A DNA stretch of 64,000 nucleotides, taken from the IMG/VR virus record IMGVR_UViG_3300035682_000004. One strand, given 5' to 3'. Shown one piece after another: positions 33,508 to 43,830 of the stretch (positions are counted from its first letter, which is position 1; each line of letters begins with the position of its first letter). Position numbers and translations under genes: made by a program. Below the pieces are notes generated by a model that was not told where the DNA came from, searched no databases, and saw nothing but the letters and a program-made list of their open reading frames with translations. The stretch comes from a virus.

Positions 33508-35399
33508 TGGGATTAAGAGATATCTTTACTAACCCCGGTAAATTTGTATTTTACGGAGGGACAGGTTATCCTACACCAAATGTTAACACAGGTGGTGTAA
33601 ATGGGGTAGAGCCTTTGTTAACTCTTAAATACGGTAAAGATTCTCCAGGTGCAGGAGCAAGTAGACAACCATTTATAGTAACTCCAATTCCCGGAGCTTC
33701 AGCTACTTTTAATACTAATGGATTAGTTATAGCTCGTTCAGCTACTGATGTAGAACGTTTAGCTAAATTTTTTACTACTACACCAGGTTTACTTTTTATA
33801 GCTAAACAAAACGTTTTATCTCAAACAAACGTTAGAACACAAGCTGCTGATTTTCATGAACCTAAAATACAACCAAATAATGGTCCGTATTTACCAACCA
33901 ATACATTAGCACAGGTAGGATTATCAGTAGCTGGTTCTCATTTTTATAAACAAGGTTTATTACCAGATGGTTATTTTTCTCCTAAGTATACTGACGCTGT
34001 AAAGACAGATCAAGAAGTCTTTACTAATAGATTATATAATTTATATTATAATAAAATAGTAGGTACAGGATTAAACAGTATACAAGGTTTACTAAGACCT
34101 AAACCTGCCAACTCAGTATCTCTATTACCTACAGAAATATTAAATTATAGAGGAGGACCTGGATCATTTTTAGGTGTAGGCTCAACTTCTATACCTTTTG
34201 CTTCAGGAGTTAGAACAGGTATTAATAATCCTTTATATAAAATTAATACTGCTAATCTTCCTCTTCCTAATACTTTTTACGGTTCATTAACAGTAGGAAG
34301 TTTAACCGCTGATCCAGCAAAAGGATTAGAACAACAAGTAACTTATCAATATCAACCGGTTACTCAATTAGTTGATTTTAGAAATCATTTAAGAAATAAC
34401 ACTTTTTCATCTATACTATCTAAATCTCCTAATTATGGTGGTAGTCCTGATTATGGTCCTGATGCTAGTATTGAACAAAGAGTATTCTTAGGTGACCCAG
34501 GACGTCGTAATAAAAATATTATTTCTTATACAGCAGGAGCTATAATTAATGGAGCTAATGAAGCAGAAGCTTTAGATAAAATTAACGCTAAACCATTATA
34601 TCGTTCTCGTTTTGTAGATCCTGAGGAAACTAATGATTTAGTTAAATTTAGAATTGAAGCTATTAATAATGATGATCCTGGAGAAGGAGTATTTATACAT
34701 TTTAGGGCATTTATAGATTCATTTTCAGATAATTATAATGCTGATTGGTCTTCTACTCAATATATAGGTAGAGGTGAAAAATTTTACACATATAATAATT
34801 TTGATAGAACAATAAATATGTCTTGGACTGTTGCGGCTCAATCAAAAGATGAACTTATACCAATGTATCAAAAACTAAACTTTTTAGCTTCAAATTTAAT
34901 GCCTGATTATAATAATCAAGGATATATGAGAGGAGCTTTAGTTAGGCTTACTGTAGGAGGATATTTATATTCTCAACCAGGTTTTATAACTAGTTTAACT
35001 TATGATATACCTCAAGAAGCAACTTATGAAATAGGAATTAATGATGTAGGAGAAAGTGATCCATCAGTTAAAGAATTACCTCATATGATTAAAGTATCAA
35101 CTTTTACCTTTACTCCAATACATAATTTTGTTCCAAGAAAACAAACTAACACTTATGGAGGTAAGGATAGATTAGTAGCGACTCTTGTAGATGAAAAAAC
35201 AAAAAAGGAAACACCATATTATGCTAAAAATGTAACAAAATTTGGAGATCAAAGATTTATAGCATTAGCAGCAGGTGCAGGTAAAGAGAATAATAATTAT
35301 GATTATAATCCTTCTATAATCCAACCAAACACAGTTGATTCTCCATTATTAAGAAATCCATTACCAGGAAATCAATTTAATTCCTCTAATATAGCATAA
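33507..35399 (+). CDS. Baseplate / tube-initiator-like protein
   Basis: C-terminal tube-like segment FRAFIDSFSDNYNADW...YIGRGEKFYTY...LTVGGY; synteny. Confidence 0.6.
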   Translation: MGLRDIFTNPGKFVFYGGTGYPTPNVNTGGVNGVEPLLTLKYGKDSPGAGASRQPFIVTPIPGASATFNTNGLVIARSATDVERLAKFFTTTPGLLFIAKQNVLSQTNVRTQAADFHEPKIQPNNGPYLPTNTLAQVGLSVAGSHFYKQGLLPDGYFSPKYTDAVKTDQEVFTNRLYNLYYNKIVGTGLNSIQGLLRPKPANSVSLLPTEILNYRGGPGSFLGVGSTSIPFASGVRTGINNPLYKINTANLPLPNTFYGSLTVGSLTADPAKGLEQQVTYQYQPVTQLVDFRNHLRNNTFSSILSKSPNYGGSPDYGPDASIEQRVFLGDPGRRNKNIISYTAGAIINGANEAEALDKINAKPLYRSRFVDPEETNDLVKFRIEAINNDDPGEGVFIHFRAFIDSFSDNYNADWSSTQYIGRGEKFYTYNNFDRTINMSWTVAAQSKDELIPMYQKLNFLASNLMPDYNNQGYMRGALVRLTVGGYLYSQPGFITSLTYDIPQEATYEIGINDVGESDPSVKELPHMIKVSTFTFTPIHNFVPRKQTNTYGGKDRLVATLVDEKTKKETPYYAKNVTKFGDQRFIALAAGAGKENNNYDYNPSIIQPNTVDSPLLRNPLPGNQFNSSNIA

Positions 35400-35402
35400 T
35401 TA

Positions 35403-35699
35403 ATGAATAGATATATTAATATACCTCAAACAAAAATTAAAGGAAAACTAGTTTATAAAACTGTACGTTATCCTGAGGTACCTTTATCTTCAGAAGATAT
35501 ATATGTTTACACTCAACAAGGAGATCGTTTTGATGTTTTAGCTAGACAATATTATCAAGATAGTTCTTTATGGTGGGTAATAGCTATAGGTAATCCTCAA
35601 GTCACTTTAGGTAGTTTATTAATACCATCAGGATTACAATTAAGAATACCAGCATTCCCCGCTAATGTTGTAAATGAATATAATACAATAAACAAATAA
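35403..35699 (+). CDS. LysM / tail-X-like baseplate wedge protein
   Basis: QGDRFDVLARQYYQDSSLWWVIAIGN...GLQLRIP. Confidence 0.75.
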   Translation: MNRYINIPQTKIKGKLVYKTVRYPEVPLSSEDIYVYTQQGDRFDVLARQYYQDSSLWWVIAIGNPQVTLGSLLIPSGLQLRIPAFPANVVNEYNTINK

Positions 35700-35700
35700 T

Positions 35701-38700
35701 ATGAATATATTAGGTGAAGGTTTTAATCCAATAATATCAAAACAAATAGATGTACGCCAAAAATTATTTGGAGCTGGTTTTAACACTAATAATCCAAGAA
35801 ATCCATCTTTTATAAGTTATGCTAGAACACCTACATCTTTTGTAAGGTTAATGTCTTCAGTTTCAATAGGAGATTTAAATACTCTTAACAATCCATACAT
35901 TCAAACTTTAAAATTATCTGGTACAGCATTAGCAAAAAAAGCAATTTTATTTGGTGGTATTAAAGAATATGGAGGTACTTTAAAAGGTGGAATAACTGAT
36001 GTTACTCAAACAGGTAATCAAAGTATATTTAATGATTTTGCTTATGGGTGGGGTGGAACAGAGTATGGTTTAAGACCAATGCCTGGTATTCAATCTGCTA
36101 ATATAAAAAATGAAAGTTTAGGTTCTTTAAAAACATCAACAGTACAAATAAAAGCGTGGAATAAATCTCAATTTGAAATAATTGATATTTTATATTTACG
36201 TTTAGGATTTTATGTTATGTTAGAATGGGGTCATACTGTATATATTAATAACTCTGAAGATCTAATTACAAATGTAACATCATTGGAAAATGAATTTTTT
36301 ACTAATAATGCTAACATAGATAATTTACAAAAATCTATAATTAAAAAACGTTATGATAGTTGTGGTAATTATGATGCTATATTAGGTAGAGTAGTTAATT
36401 TTAGTTGGACATTTAATAAGGATGGTAGTTATGATATAACTCTTTTTATAAGAAGTTTAGGAGATGTTATTGAATCACTTAAAGCTAATGTTTTAACAAC
36501 ATCACCAGAACAACTATCTAACAATGATCAAGGAAAAACCCCAGCTAATATTATAAATCCAGTATTAATAATCACACCAACTCCAAATAGTGGAGAATTA
36601 CAACAACAACAACAAAATACAACTAATACACTTAGTCAATCACCATCAAATCAAATAGATCCATCATCTGCTAACATAACTAATTTAAATAATGCATGGA
36701 GTAATCAATTAATTAATTCACCGAATCCTGATGTTAATAAAAGTAATATTCATGCTCGTTTATATAAATTAAAAAATGAATTAGACCAAAAATATAGTAG
36801 TACTGATTATAGTGCTGCTTCAATATTTACTTATTTAAGTGATAATAAATTACAAGATGTAGCTTTTGCTACATTTCAAGGTAAAGTAGATGATAAGGGA
36901 AATTTTGAAAAAGAATATTATATTCGTTTTGGAGCACTTCTTAGAATTATACAAGGTGAGGTTATACCTACAATATATAAAGGAGCTACCAAATATAAAT
37001 TACTTAATATAGATTATGATGAATCTACTAATTTAATAAATTTTATAGATCTTCAAGTAAGTACTGATCCGAGTAAATTATTAATTAAACGAGATATACA
37101 ATTAAATGATATAATTGTTAATACATTTCCTGGTGTTGCTTCTTTTATCACTACTATAGGTACTGAATCATATGGTAAACTTATGAATGTTTACTTAAAT
37201 TACAATTATGTATTTCAAATAATAGAAGGTTTAATCCAAACTCCAGGTTCTAAAGTAGTATTAGTATCTTTTTTACAAAGTTTAGGAGATAGTATTGGTA
37301 AATATTTAGGAGGAATTAATAATATAGTTCCAATAATAGATGAAGATACAAATACTGTTAAATTTATAGACCAAAATTTATTATTTAAAAAGAAATCAGT
37401 GTTAGATAGTTTTGGTTTACCAACAACTCCAGGAGTATTTGATTTATATGGATATAATGCTTTAGGTTCAAGTAGTTCAGGTTCAGCAGGTTTTATTAAA
37501 GATTTTAATTTAAAAACAGAATTAACTCCGGCTTTTGCTAGTATGATTACTATAGCAGCAGCTGCTCGCTCTAAAGTAGTAGGAGAAGATGCTACTGCTT
37601 TATCTAGATTAAATGCTGGTTTAACTAGTAGTTTATTTGAACAAATTAATGATGAGTATATAGCAATTGATATTTCTTCTTCTTTAGATACCCAATATAA
37701 GACAACAGTAAGTGATTATGTTAAGTTTTTAGAGTCTATAAATATGATTCCTACAAGACCAAAATGGGATCCTGCTGCTTTTAATTCTTATAGTTTAGTT
37801 TTAAATAATTTTATAAATTACGCTCAACAATTAAAAGTAGAAGCTACAAGTTCAGCTACTACATCTACTGGTTTTATTCCTATTAATGTTTCATTAAATA
37901 TGACAGGAATGTCAGGTATGAAAATTTATCAAGAATTTAATCTTAAAACCGATTTTTTACCTTCAAACTATCAAACTCAAATGAGTTGGCTAATTAAAGG
38001 TGTAAACCATACTATTGAAAATAATATGTGGAGTACTACTATTGAATCATTATCATTACCTAACACAACAACTAAACCAGATTCTTTTGAAAAATTAGCT
38101 AATATAACACTTTCTAAATTAGCTGATGCAACTAAAATTTATCTTATACCTATATCTTATAAATCTATTGTTGAAAAAATAATAGCACGAGCTAAAGAAT
38201 TAATTGATGGGATAGATAAAGATCGATTAACTGCTATATTAACAGTAGCTCAAGCTGAATCAAATCTTAATGCTTCTAAGACTGAAAGTTTTAAATATGA
38301 TGTAAGTACACCAGAAGGAATAGCTACTGTAAAAACTATATTTAGTAAATTAAAAAATAAAACTGACGAAGAAATCAAAAATATATTTTCAAATTCTCAA
38401 ACAGCAGCAACTTTTTTATATGGAGCTAATGGTTATTTATATAGAGGTAGAGGATTAGCACAAGTAACAGGATTTGATAATTATGAAGCCGCAGATAACT
38501 TACTTGAAAGTTTATACAACTATACAAATCCATATTATGGTAATTTAGTTAAAAAACCTGAAGAAGCATTAATAGAATTCAAAGCTATTGACATTTTAAT
38601 ATTAAGTAAAAGAGAGGGTACTTTTGGTAAATCATTAAGTATAAATATGAATTACACTACTAATCCTATTGCTATACTTGATACTCAAAACCAAGAGGGC

Positions 38701-38793
38701 TACAAGGTTTCAGCAATTGTAAATCGTTACACAGAAGCATTAAATTCAATTAACCAAACAAAATGGATTCAAGAATTATTAAATAAAAAATAA
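35701..38793 (+). CDS. Baseplate hub-like protein with C-terminal GH19-like (lysozyme-fold) domain
   Basis: N-terminal RPMPGI, YLRLG and LEWG motifs; C-terminal AQAES and YRGRGLAQVTGFDNY resemble GH19 signatures. Confidence 0.65.
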   Translation: MNILGEGFNPIISKQIDVRQKLFGAGFNTNNPRNPSFISYARTPTSFVRLMSSVSIGDLNTLNNPYIQTLKLSGTALAKKAILFGGIKEYGGTLKGGITDVTQTGNQSIFNDFAYGWGGTEYGLRPMPGIQSANIKNESLGSLKTSTVQIKAWNKSQFEIIDILYLRLGFYVMLEWGHTVYINNSEDLITNVTSLENEFFTNNANIDNLQKSIIKKRYDSCGNYDAILGRVVNFSWTFNKDGSYDITLFIRSLGDVIESLKANVLTTSPEQLSNNDQGKTPANIINPVLIITPTPNSGELQQQQQNTTNTLSQSPSNQIDPSSANITNLNNAWSNQLINSPNPDVNKSNIHARLYKLKNELDQKYSSTDYSAASIFTYLSDNKLQDVAFATFQGKVDDKGNFEKEYYIRFGALLRIIQGEVIPTIYKGATKYKLLNIDYDESTNLINFIDLQVSTDPSKLLIKRDIQLNDIIVNTFPGVASFITTIGTESYGKLMNVYLNYNYVFQIIEGLIQTPGSKVVLVSFLQSLGDSIGKYLGGINNIVPIIDEDTNTVKFIDQNLLFKKKSVLDSFGLPTTPGVFDLYGYNALGSSSSGSAGFIKDFNLKTELTPAFASMITIAAAARSKVVGEDATALSRLNAGLTSSLFEQINDEYIAIDISSSLDTQYKTTVSDYVKFLESINMIPTRPKWDPAAFNSYSLVLNNFINYAQQLKVEATSSATTSTGFIPINVSLNMTGMSGMKIYQEFNLKTDFLPSNYQTQMSWLIKGVNHTIENNMWSTTIESLSLPNTTTKPDSFEKLANITLSKLADATKIYLIPISYKSIVEKIIARAKELIDGIDKDRLTAILTVAQAESNLNASKTESFKYDVSTPEGIATVKTIFSKLKNKTDEEIKNIFSNSQTAATFLYGANGYLYRGRGLAQVTGFDNYEAADNLLESLYNYTNPYYGNLVKKPEEALIEFKAIDILILSKREGTFGKSLSINMNYTTNPIAILDTQNQEGYKVSAIVNRYTEALNSINQTKWIQELLNKK

Positions 38794-39380
38794 TGTATTT
38801 CCCAGAGTCACAAATAACACCTAATCAATATACTAATGGAGGAGAATTTAAAATCAAATCCACAGGCCAAAATTATGCTGGGTATTATTTTAATACTTCA
38901 ACAGGCCAAAGATATACAGGGCGAAACCAAAATGACAACCCAGTATTAGAATTAACACCATTAACTGTTAATTTAAATAATACTAATCTTAATCTACCAG
39001 AAGTAATAACATTAGAAGATATTACTTATAATAATATAATAGCCGCCCCAACTAATATTATATATAAACCAGCTTATAATCCTAATATTCCAACACAACA
39101 AGATTATCAAATAGGAGAATACAGGCGTTATTTTTGTAAAAAAACTAATGAAATTCTTTATTTAGAAATAAATCAAAATACATTTGATAAGTTATTTTCT
39201 AAATCTTCTGATATATATTGGCAATATTATTTACCATTTTTCCTTTCTTGGAACTTAACCGGTGTTAAAGAACAAGTTGCAACAGTAAATCGTAACATAG
39301 TTTTATTAACTATGAAAAATTTATCACTACCTCAATTTGATGTTTACTTAAAATTCGACTTTACAAAGTATTATGTTTAA
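38793..39380 (+). CDS. Hypothetical protein (last gene of the baseplate cluster)
   Basis: Coupled ORF; YTNGGEF and PTQQDYQIG motifs. Confidence 0.65.
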   Translation: MYFPESQITPNQYTNGGEFKIKSTGQNYAGYYFNTSTGQRYTGRNQNDNPVLELTPLTVNLNNTNLNLPEVITLEDITYNNIIAAPTNIIYKPAYNPNIPTQQDYQIGEYRRYFCKKTNEILYLEINQNTFDKLFSKSSDIYWQYYLPFFLSWNLTGVKEQVATVNRNIVLLTMKNLSLPQFDVYLKFDFTKYYV

Positions 39381-39382
39381 AT

Positions 39383-39412
39383 TTGGCAGTCTAATTTTTA
39401 TTTAGTATATTA
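39383..39412 (+). promoter_or_regulatory. Bacteroidota-type promoter at the structural-to-replication boundary
   Basis: TTG(39383)-N20-TATATTA(39406). Confidence 0.6.
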
Positions 39413-39428
39413 TAGCCTAAAATAGGTT

Positions 39429-40706
39429 ATGTATTATATTATTGAAACATTAGATCAACTAAAAGTCTTATACAATCTTAAGACACAAAAAGCATTTGTT
39501 GAGGTAATTCCATTTAATTCTAATATTCATCCTGCCTTAAATAAAGTATCACTAGTCTATATTAGACCACTTGATGATACTAAAGGATATCTAATATGTG
39601 TCAGCCACAGTGAAACACTACACATAAGTAAAAATCATGTTGAAAGTGTTTTAAAAGACATTCCAGAATTGTGGGTACGCAATAAGAAACAATTTTTATA
39701 CTACTTTCAGATAAAAGCATGTTGTGATATATCATTAATATCTCCTACGGATATACAACCCACTTTCACACACCAACATTTTTATCAACGATTTCCACAA
39801 AAACAAGATACCAATCGTATAATACCGGTATCAAAACACTATGAACTGTGTGAAACCGTGTATAACCAAATCAAACCATTAATACCACACCATTTGCCCG
39901 AGTGGTTTGAATTTTATAATAACCGAGTTACTTTGGCTTTATTTGGGATTGAAAAAAACGGTATAACATTTAATAAACCAATATTTGAAACATACTATGA
40001 AACAAATAATGACTACTATTCAATTGACAATGATAAAATATTCACACAATATAATATCTATACTACAACTCGCAGACCCGCTAATTCCTATAATGGTATT
40101 AACTTTGCAGCACTAAAAAAAGAAACAAGGTCAAGTTTTATTCCAAGTAATGATATATTTGTAGAAATGGATATATCGGCTTATCACCCAACACTTGCTG
40201 CTCAACTAATTGGATATGATTTTGGAGACAAAGACATACACGCCTCGTTTGCCGAAATGTATGGTGTGGATTATAAAACAGCTAAGGAATTAACATTTAA
40301 ACAACTATACGGAGGAGTATTTAAGGAATATGCTCACTTAGAGTATTTTAAAAAAATTCAAATGTTTATGGATAAGGCTTGGGACACTTTACAATACGGA
40401 GGATATTATGATTGTCCTATATCTAAATACAGATATGAGTTGAAGAACCTGGATAACATGAATCCAAACAAGTTGTTTAATTATATATTACAAAATATGG
40501 AAACATCTAATAATATGAATATATTGATGGATATACATAAGGTATTAAGGGGTAAAAATACAAAAATTGTACTTTACACTTATGATTCGTTTTTATTAGA
40601 CTATGATAAAAGTGAGGATGACATTTTACCTAAAATTAGTGAAATTTTTACAAAATACAAATTACAAATTAAAACCAATACGGGTAACAGTTATGACTTT
40701 AAATAA
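39429..40706 (+). CDS. Compact, divergent family A DNA polymerase-like protein
   Basis: TTTRRP; motif A EMDISAYHP; motif B AKELTFKQLYGG; motif C YTYDSFLLD. Confidence 0.7.
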   Translation: MYYIIETLDQLKVLYNLKTQKAFVEVIPFNSNIHPALNKVSLVYIRPLDDTKGYLICVSHSETLHISKNHVESVLKDIPELWVRNKKQFLYYFQIKACCDISLISPTDIQPTFTHQHFYQRFPQKQDTNRIIPVSKHYELCETVYNQIKPLIPHHLPEWFEFYNNRVTLALFGIEKNGITFNKPIFETYYETNNDYYSIDNDKIFTQYNIYTTTRRPANSYNGINFAALKKETRSSFIPSNDIFVEMDISAYHPTLAAQLIGYDFGDKDIHASFAEMYGVDYKTAKELTFKQLYGGVFKEYAHLEYFKKIQMFMDKAWDTLQYGGYYDCPISKYRYELKNLDNMNPNKLFNYILQNMETSNNMNILMDIHKVLRGKNTKIVLYTYDSFLLDYDKSEDDILPKISEIFTKYKLQIKTNTGNSYDFK

Positions 40707-41157
40707 AAACAGCGATATGTATAATTCGATAAATTATGACTTCCAACACATTTTTAATACATTCGACGTGAATAATAGGTTACTATGTACCTTCATTGCT
40801 TTAGAGGGATTAGACGGGCTAATAAATGAGGTTTCTAAAACCTATGATATAATGTACAACAAGATTTTTGTTTTACATGTTCAAAATACAGGTGAGTATG
40901 TTATTACTTATAACATTGATCAAGGTAACGTGAACACGATACCAACAAATACAATATTAGTACATCGCAAAAAAGAATCAAACACATTATATACAATTAA
41001 TGCTCTTAATGAATTAATTAAATCATTAAATAGAGGTGTAGTTGATCCATCATTTAGAATTGATTGGCAACACTATAAAAATAGTATTTTATTAACTCAG
41101 CATAACGAACTAAAAACACTTAATACTAAAATTCATAAAATAGTAGACTTAGTGTAA
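40693..41157 (+). CDS. Hypothetical protein (start uncertain; the track start at 40603 is probably too early)
   Basis: LLCTF and HRKKESNTLYTINALN motifs; in-frame ATG at 40693 overlaps the end of the PolA-like gene. Confidence 0.7.
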   Translation: MTLNKNSDMYNSINYDFQHIFNTFDVNNRLLCTFIALEGLDGLINEVSKTYDIMYNKIFVLHVQNTGEYVITYNIDQGNVNTIPTNTILVHRKKESNTLYTINALNELIKSLNRGVVDPSFRIDWQHYKNSILLTQHNELKTLNTKIHKIVDLV

Positions 41158-41183
41158 TATTTATTATTATAAAACATATTACA

Positions 41184-41786
41184 ATGAAACAACCATTAAA
41201 TGAACAATTCCGCAGAATGCAAAAATTAGCGGGTATAATTACTGAAAACCAAATTAACGAAGTTGAAATGGACAAAGACAAAGTTGAAATGGACAAAGAC
41301 AAAGTTGAAATGAACAAAAAGACATTAATGTTACAGTTTAATGATCAATGGAAAGACCATTCACAAGAATATTTAGACTTAGTAGGTACTGATCCTATCT
41401 ATAAAGGATTAGACGCAGTAGTTAATAATCCAAAAGTTAAACAAAAAGCTTTTGATTGGGCGTATAATTTAACAGCTGAAGATGAAGATGAGGATGCTTT
41501 AAAAAGTTTTAGAGGTTATGTTCAAGATGGTATTGATTATGAAATTATGCAAGCTTTTGCTCCTCAATTAGCTGAAAATTTAATAGCTGCAGGATTTACA
41601 TTTGATAAAGATGAAGATATATGGATACTTCCTCAATCTTATTTAGATAAAACTAATGGTATGTTTGATTATTCAAATGGAGCTACATCTTATGGTATTA
41701 TATGGGATGTTTGGAATATGGATTATGATACAAGTCCAAGAGAAACAATAAGTGATTATCTAAAAGACGCTGCGGAAGCATTATAA
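41184..41786 (+). CDS. Acidic hypothetical protein with N-terminal LNE..RMQKLAGI leader (possible internal head protein)
   Basis: Preceded by ATATTTAT at 41157; LNE, ITE and INE motifs in the first 26 aa. Confidence 0.7.
   Translation: MKQPLNEQFRRMQKLAGIITENQINEVEMDKDKVEMDKDKVEMNKKTLMLQFNDQWKDHSQEYLDLVGTDPIYKGLDAVVNNPKVKQKAFDWAYNLTAEDEDEDALKSFRGYVQDGIDYEIMQAFAPQLAENLIAAGFTFDKDEDIWILPQSYLDKTNGMFDYSNGATSYGIIWDVWNMDYDTSPRETISDYLKDAAEAL
41260..41318 (+). repeat. In-frame 21-bp tandem repeat, about 2.8 copies (VEMDKDK)
   Basis: AAGTTGAAATGGACAAAGACA at 41260 and 41281, partial copy at 41302. Confidence 0.9.
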
Positions 41787-41818
41787 TATAAACACCCCAA
41801 CATATTACACAAAATCAT

Positions 41819-41843
41819 CTAAGGTCCAATTTTTGGGCCTTAG
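41819..41843 (+). terminator. Hairpin / possible terminator
   Basis: CTAAGGTCCAA-TTT-TTGGGCCTTAG followed by TTT. Confidence 0.55.
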
Positions 41844-41844
41844 T

Positions 41845-41874
41845 TTGGCCTCACATAATGTGTTCATTATATTA
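41845..41874 (+). promoter_or_regulatory. Bacteroidota-type promoter of the SSB-recA operon
   Basis: TTG(41845)-N20-TATATTA(41868). Confidence 0.6.
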
Positions 41875-41913
41875 TAGAATAATAATAGTTTTAAATTAAA
41901 CAAATATACAGTT

Positions 41914-42738
41914 ATGGATTTATCAGAAATCAAATCGAAGCTTGCGAAACTACAAGCTAAACCCGGTTCAAACAAAACCGACAAGAAAAACTCAGGTTGG
42001 AAACCATCAATCGGAAAACAAAATGTTCGTATTGTACCTAATAAGTATAATAAGAAAAACCCATTCACAGAATTATATTTCTACTATGGTATTGGCAAAA
42101 AAGTAATGATCTCTCCTCTATCGTGGGGTGATAAAGATCCAATTGCTGAATTTGCAAAACAATTACGTAGTACAAATGACAAGGAAAATTGGAGATTAGC
42201 TAAGAAATTAGATCCAAAAATGAGAATTTTTGCTCCTGTTATTGTTAGAGGTGAAGAAGCAAACGGAATCAAGTTATGGCAGTTTGGTAAGGAGTTATAT
42301 ATGGACTTCTTAAATTTAGCTGATAACGAGGACGTAGGAGACTTTACAGACGTAGCAGAAGGTAGAGACATTATTATTAATACAGTAGGACCAGATGTAA
42401 CTGGTACACAGTATAATAAATCAACAATTATGGCTCGTACAAAAGTTACTCCATTGTCTGAGGATGCTAATCAAATTCAAAATTGGTTAGATGAACAACC
42501 AAATCCAATTGAAGAGTTTAAAAAGTATTCATTTGACGAAATGAAAGCATCTTTACAAGAGTGGTTAACACCTGAAGAAGCAGAAGAAGGTTCAATCATT
42601 GATGATGAAGTTACTACTGAAGACAAAACAGATGACTTACCTTGGGAAGCAGCTCCTAAAACTCAAAATTACACTTTAACAGCTAAACCAGCTCCTAAAG
42701 CAAGTAAATTTGACGCACTATTTGATGACGAAGACTAA
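41914..42738 (+). CDS. Single-stranded DNA-binding protein (gp32-like)
   Basis: WKP...VRIVP, DPIAE, LWQFGK and DFTD...GRD motifs; acidic tail FDALFDDED. Confidence 0.8.
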   Translation: MDLSEIKSKLAKLQAKPGSNKTDKKNSGWKPSIGKQNVRIVPNKYNKKNPFTELYFYYGIGKKVMISPLSWGDKDPIAEFAKQLRSTNDKENWRLAKKLDPKMRIFAPVIVRGEEANGIKLWQFGKELYMDFLNLADNEDVGDFTDVAEGRDIIINTVGPDVTGTQYNKSTIMARTKVTPLSEDANQIQNWLDEQPNPIEEFKKYSFDEMKASLQEWLTPEEAEEGSIIDDEVTTEDKTDDLPWEAAPKTQNYTLTAKPAPKASKFDALFDDED

Positions 42739-42750
42739 TAATTAAACAAA

Positions 42751-43827
42751 ATGGCTAAAAAAGACACATCACTAGCAGCAGCGGTATCTGCTGAGTTGAG
42801 AGGTAGCTTTGACTTAAATAAATTCAAGGAAAAGAAATTATTAAGTTCAAATGTGAAATTCAAAGATCAAAAATGGATACCATTATCTAAAGCATTTCAA
42901 GATGTAACTTCGGTTCCTGGGATTCCTCAGGGTCATATAGTCCTACTAAGAGGTCATAGTGATACAGGTAAAACAACAGCGTTAATTGAAGCAGCAGTAG
43001 CTGCTCAAAAACAAAAAGTATTACCTGTATTCATTATTACTGAGATGAAGTGGAATTGGGAACATGCAATTCAGATGGGATTAGATGTTAAAACAATTGT
43101 AGACGAATCAACTGGAGAAATTTTAAATTTTGAAGGTAATTTCATTTATGTAGATAGAGAAACATTACATACAATTGAAGATGTAGCTGCTTTTATTTTA
43201 GATTTATTAGACGAACAGAAAAAAGGTAATTTACCATATGATTTATTATTCTTATGGGATTCAATTGGTTCTATACCATGTGAATTATCAATTCGTTCAA
43301 ATAAAAATAATAATGAGTGGAACGCAGGTGCAATGAGTACTCAATTTGGAAATAGTGTTAATCAAAGAATTACATTATCAAGAAAAGAAAGTTCAAAATA
43401 CACTAACACATTAGTTTGTATCAATAAAGTATGGACAGCTAAGGCTGAAATGCCTATGGGTCAACCAAAACTAATGAATAAAGGTGGATTTGCAATGTGG
43501 TTTGATGCTACATTTGTAGTAACATTTGGTAATATTTCAAATGCTGGAACATCTAAAATTAAAGCAATTAAAGATGGTAAGCAAGTAGAATTTGCTAAAC
43601 GTACAAACATCCAAATTGATAAAAATCACATTAACGGAGTTCAATCAAGAGGTAAAATCATTATGACACCTCATGGATTCATTAACGATACTGAAAAAGA
43701 ATTAAAATCTTATAAAGACGCTCACGCGAAAGAATGGATGAAAATTTTAGGCAGTTTAGATTTTGATGTCTTTGAAGAAGAAGAGGGATTTGAAGGGACT
43801 GATGTATTTTCACAAGAACCAGAATAG
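42751..43827 (+). CDS. RecA/UvsX-like recombinase
   Basis: Walker A GHSDTGKT, Walker B LFLWDSIG, CINKVW and KGG motifs. Confidence 0.85.
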   Translation: MAKKDTSLAAAVSAELRGSFDLNKFKEKKLLSSNVKFKDQKWIPLSKAFQDVTSVPGIPQGHIVLLRGHSDTGKTTALIEAAVAAQKQKVLPVFIITEMKWNWEHAIQMGLDVKTIVDESTGEILNFEGNFIYVDRETLHTIEDVAAFILDLLDEQKKGNLPYDLLFLWDSIGSIPCELSIRSNKNNNEWNAGAMSTQFGNSVNQRITLSRKESSKYTNTLVCINKVWTAKAEMPMGQPKLMNKGGFAMWFDATFVVTFGNISNAGTSKIKAIKDGKQVEFAKRTNIQIDKNHINGVQSRGKIIMTPHGFINDTEKELKSYKDAHAKEWMKILGSLDFDVFEEEEGFEGTDVFSQEPE

Positions 43828-43830
43828 AAA

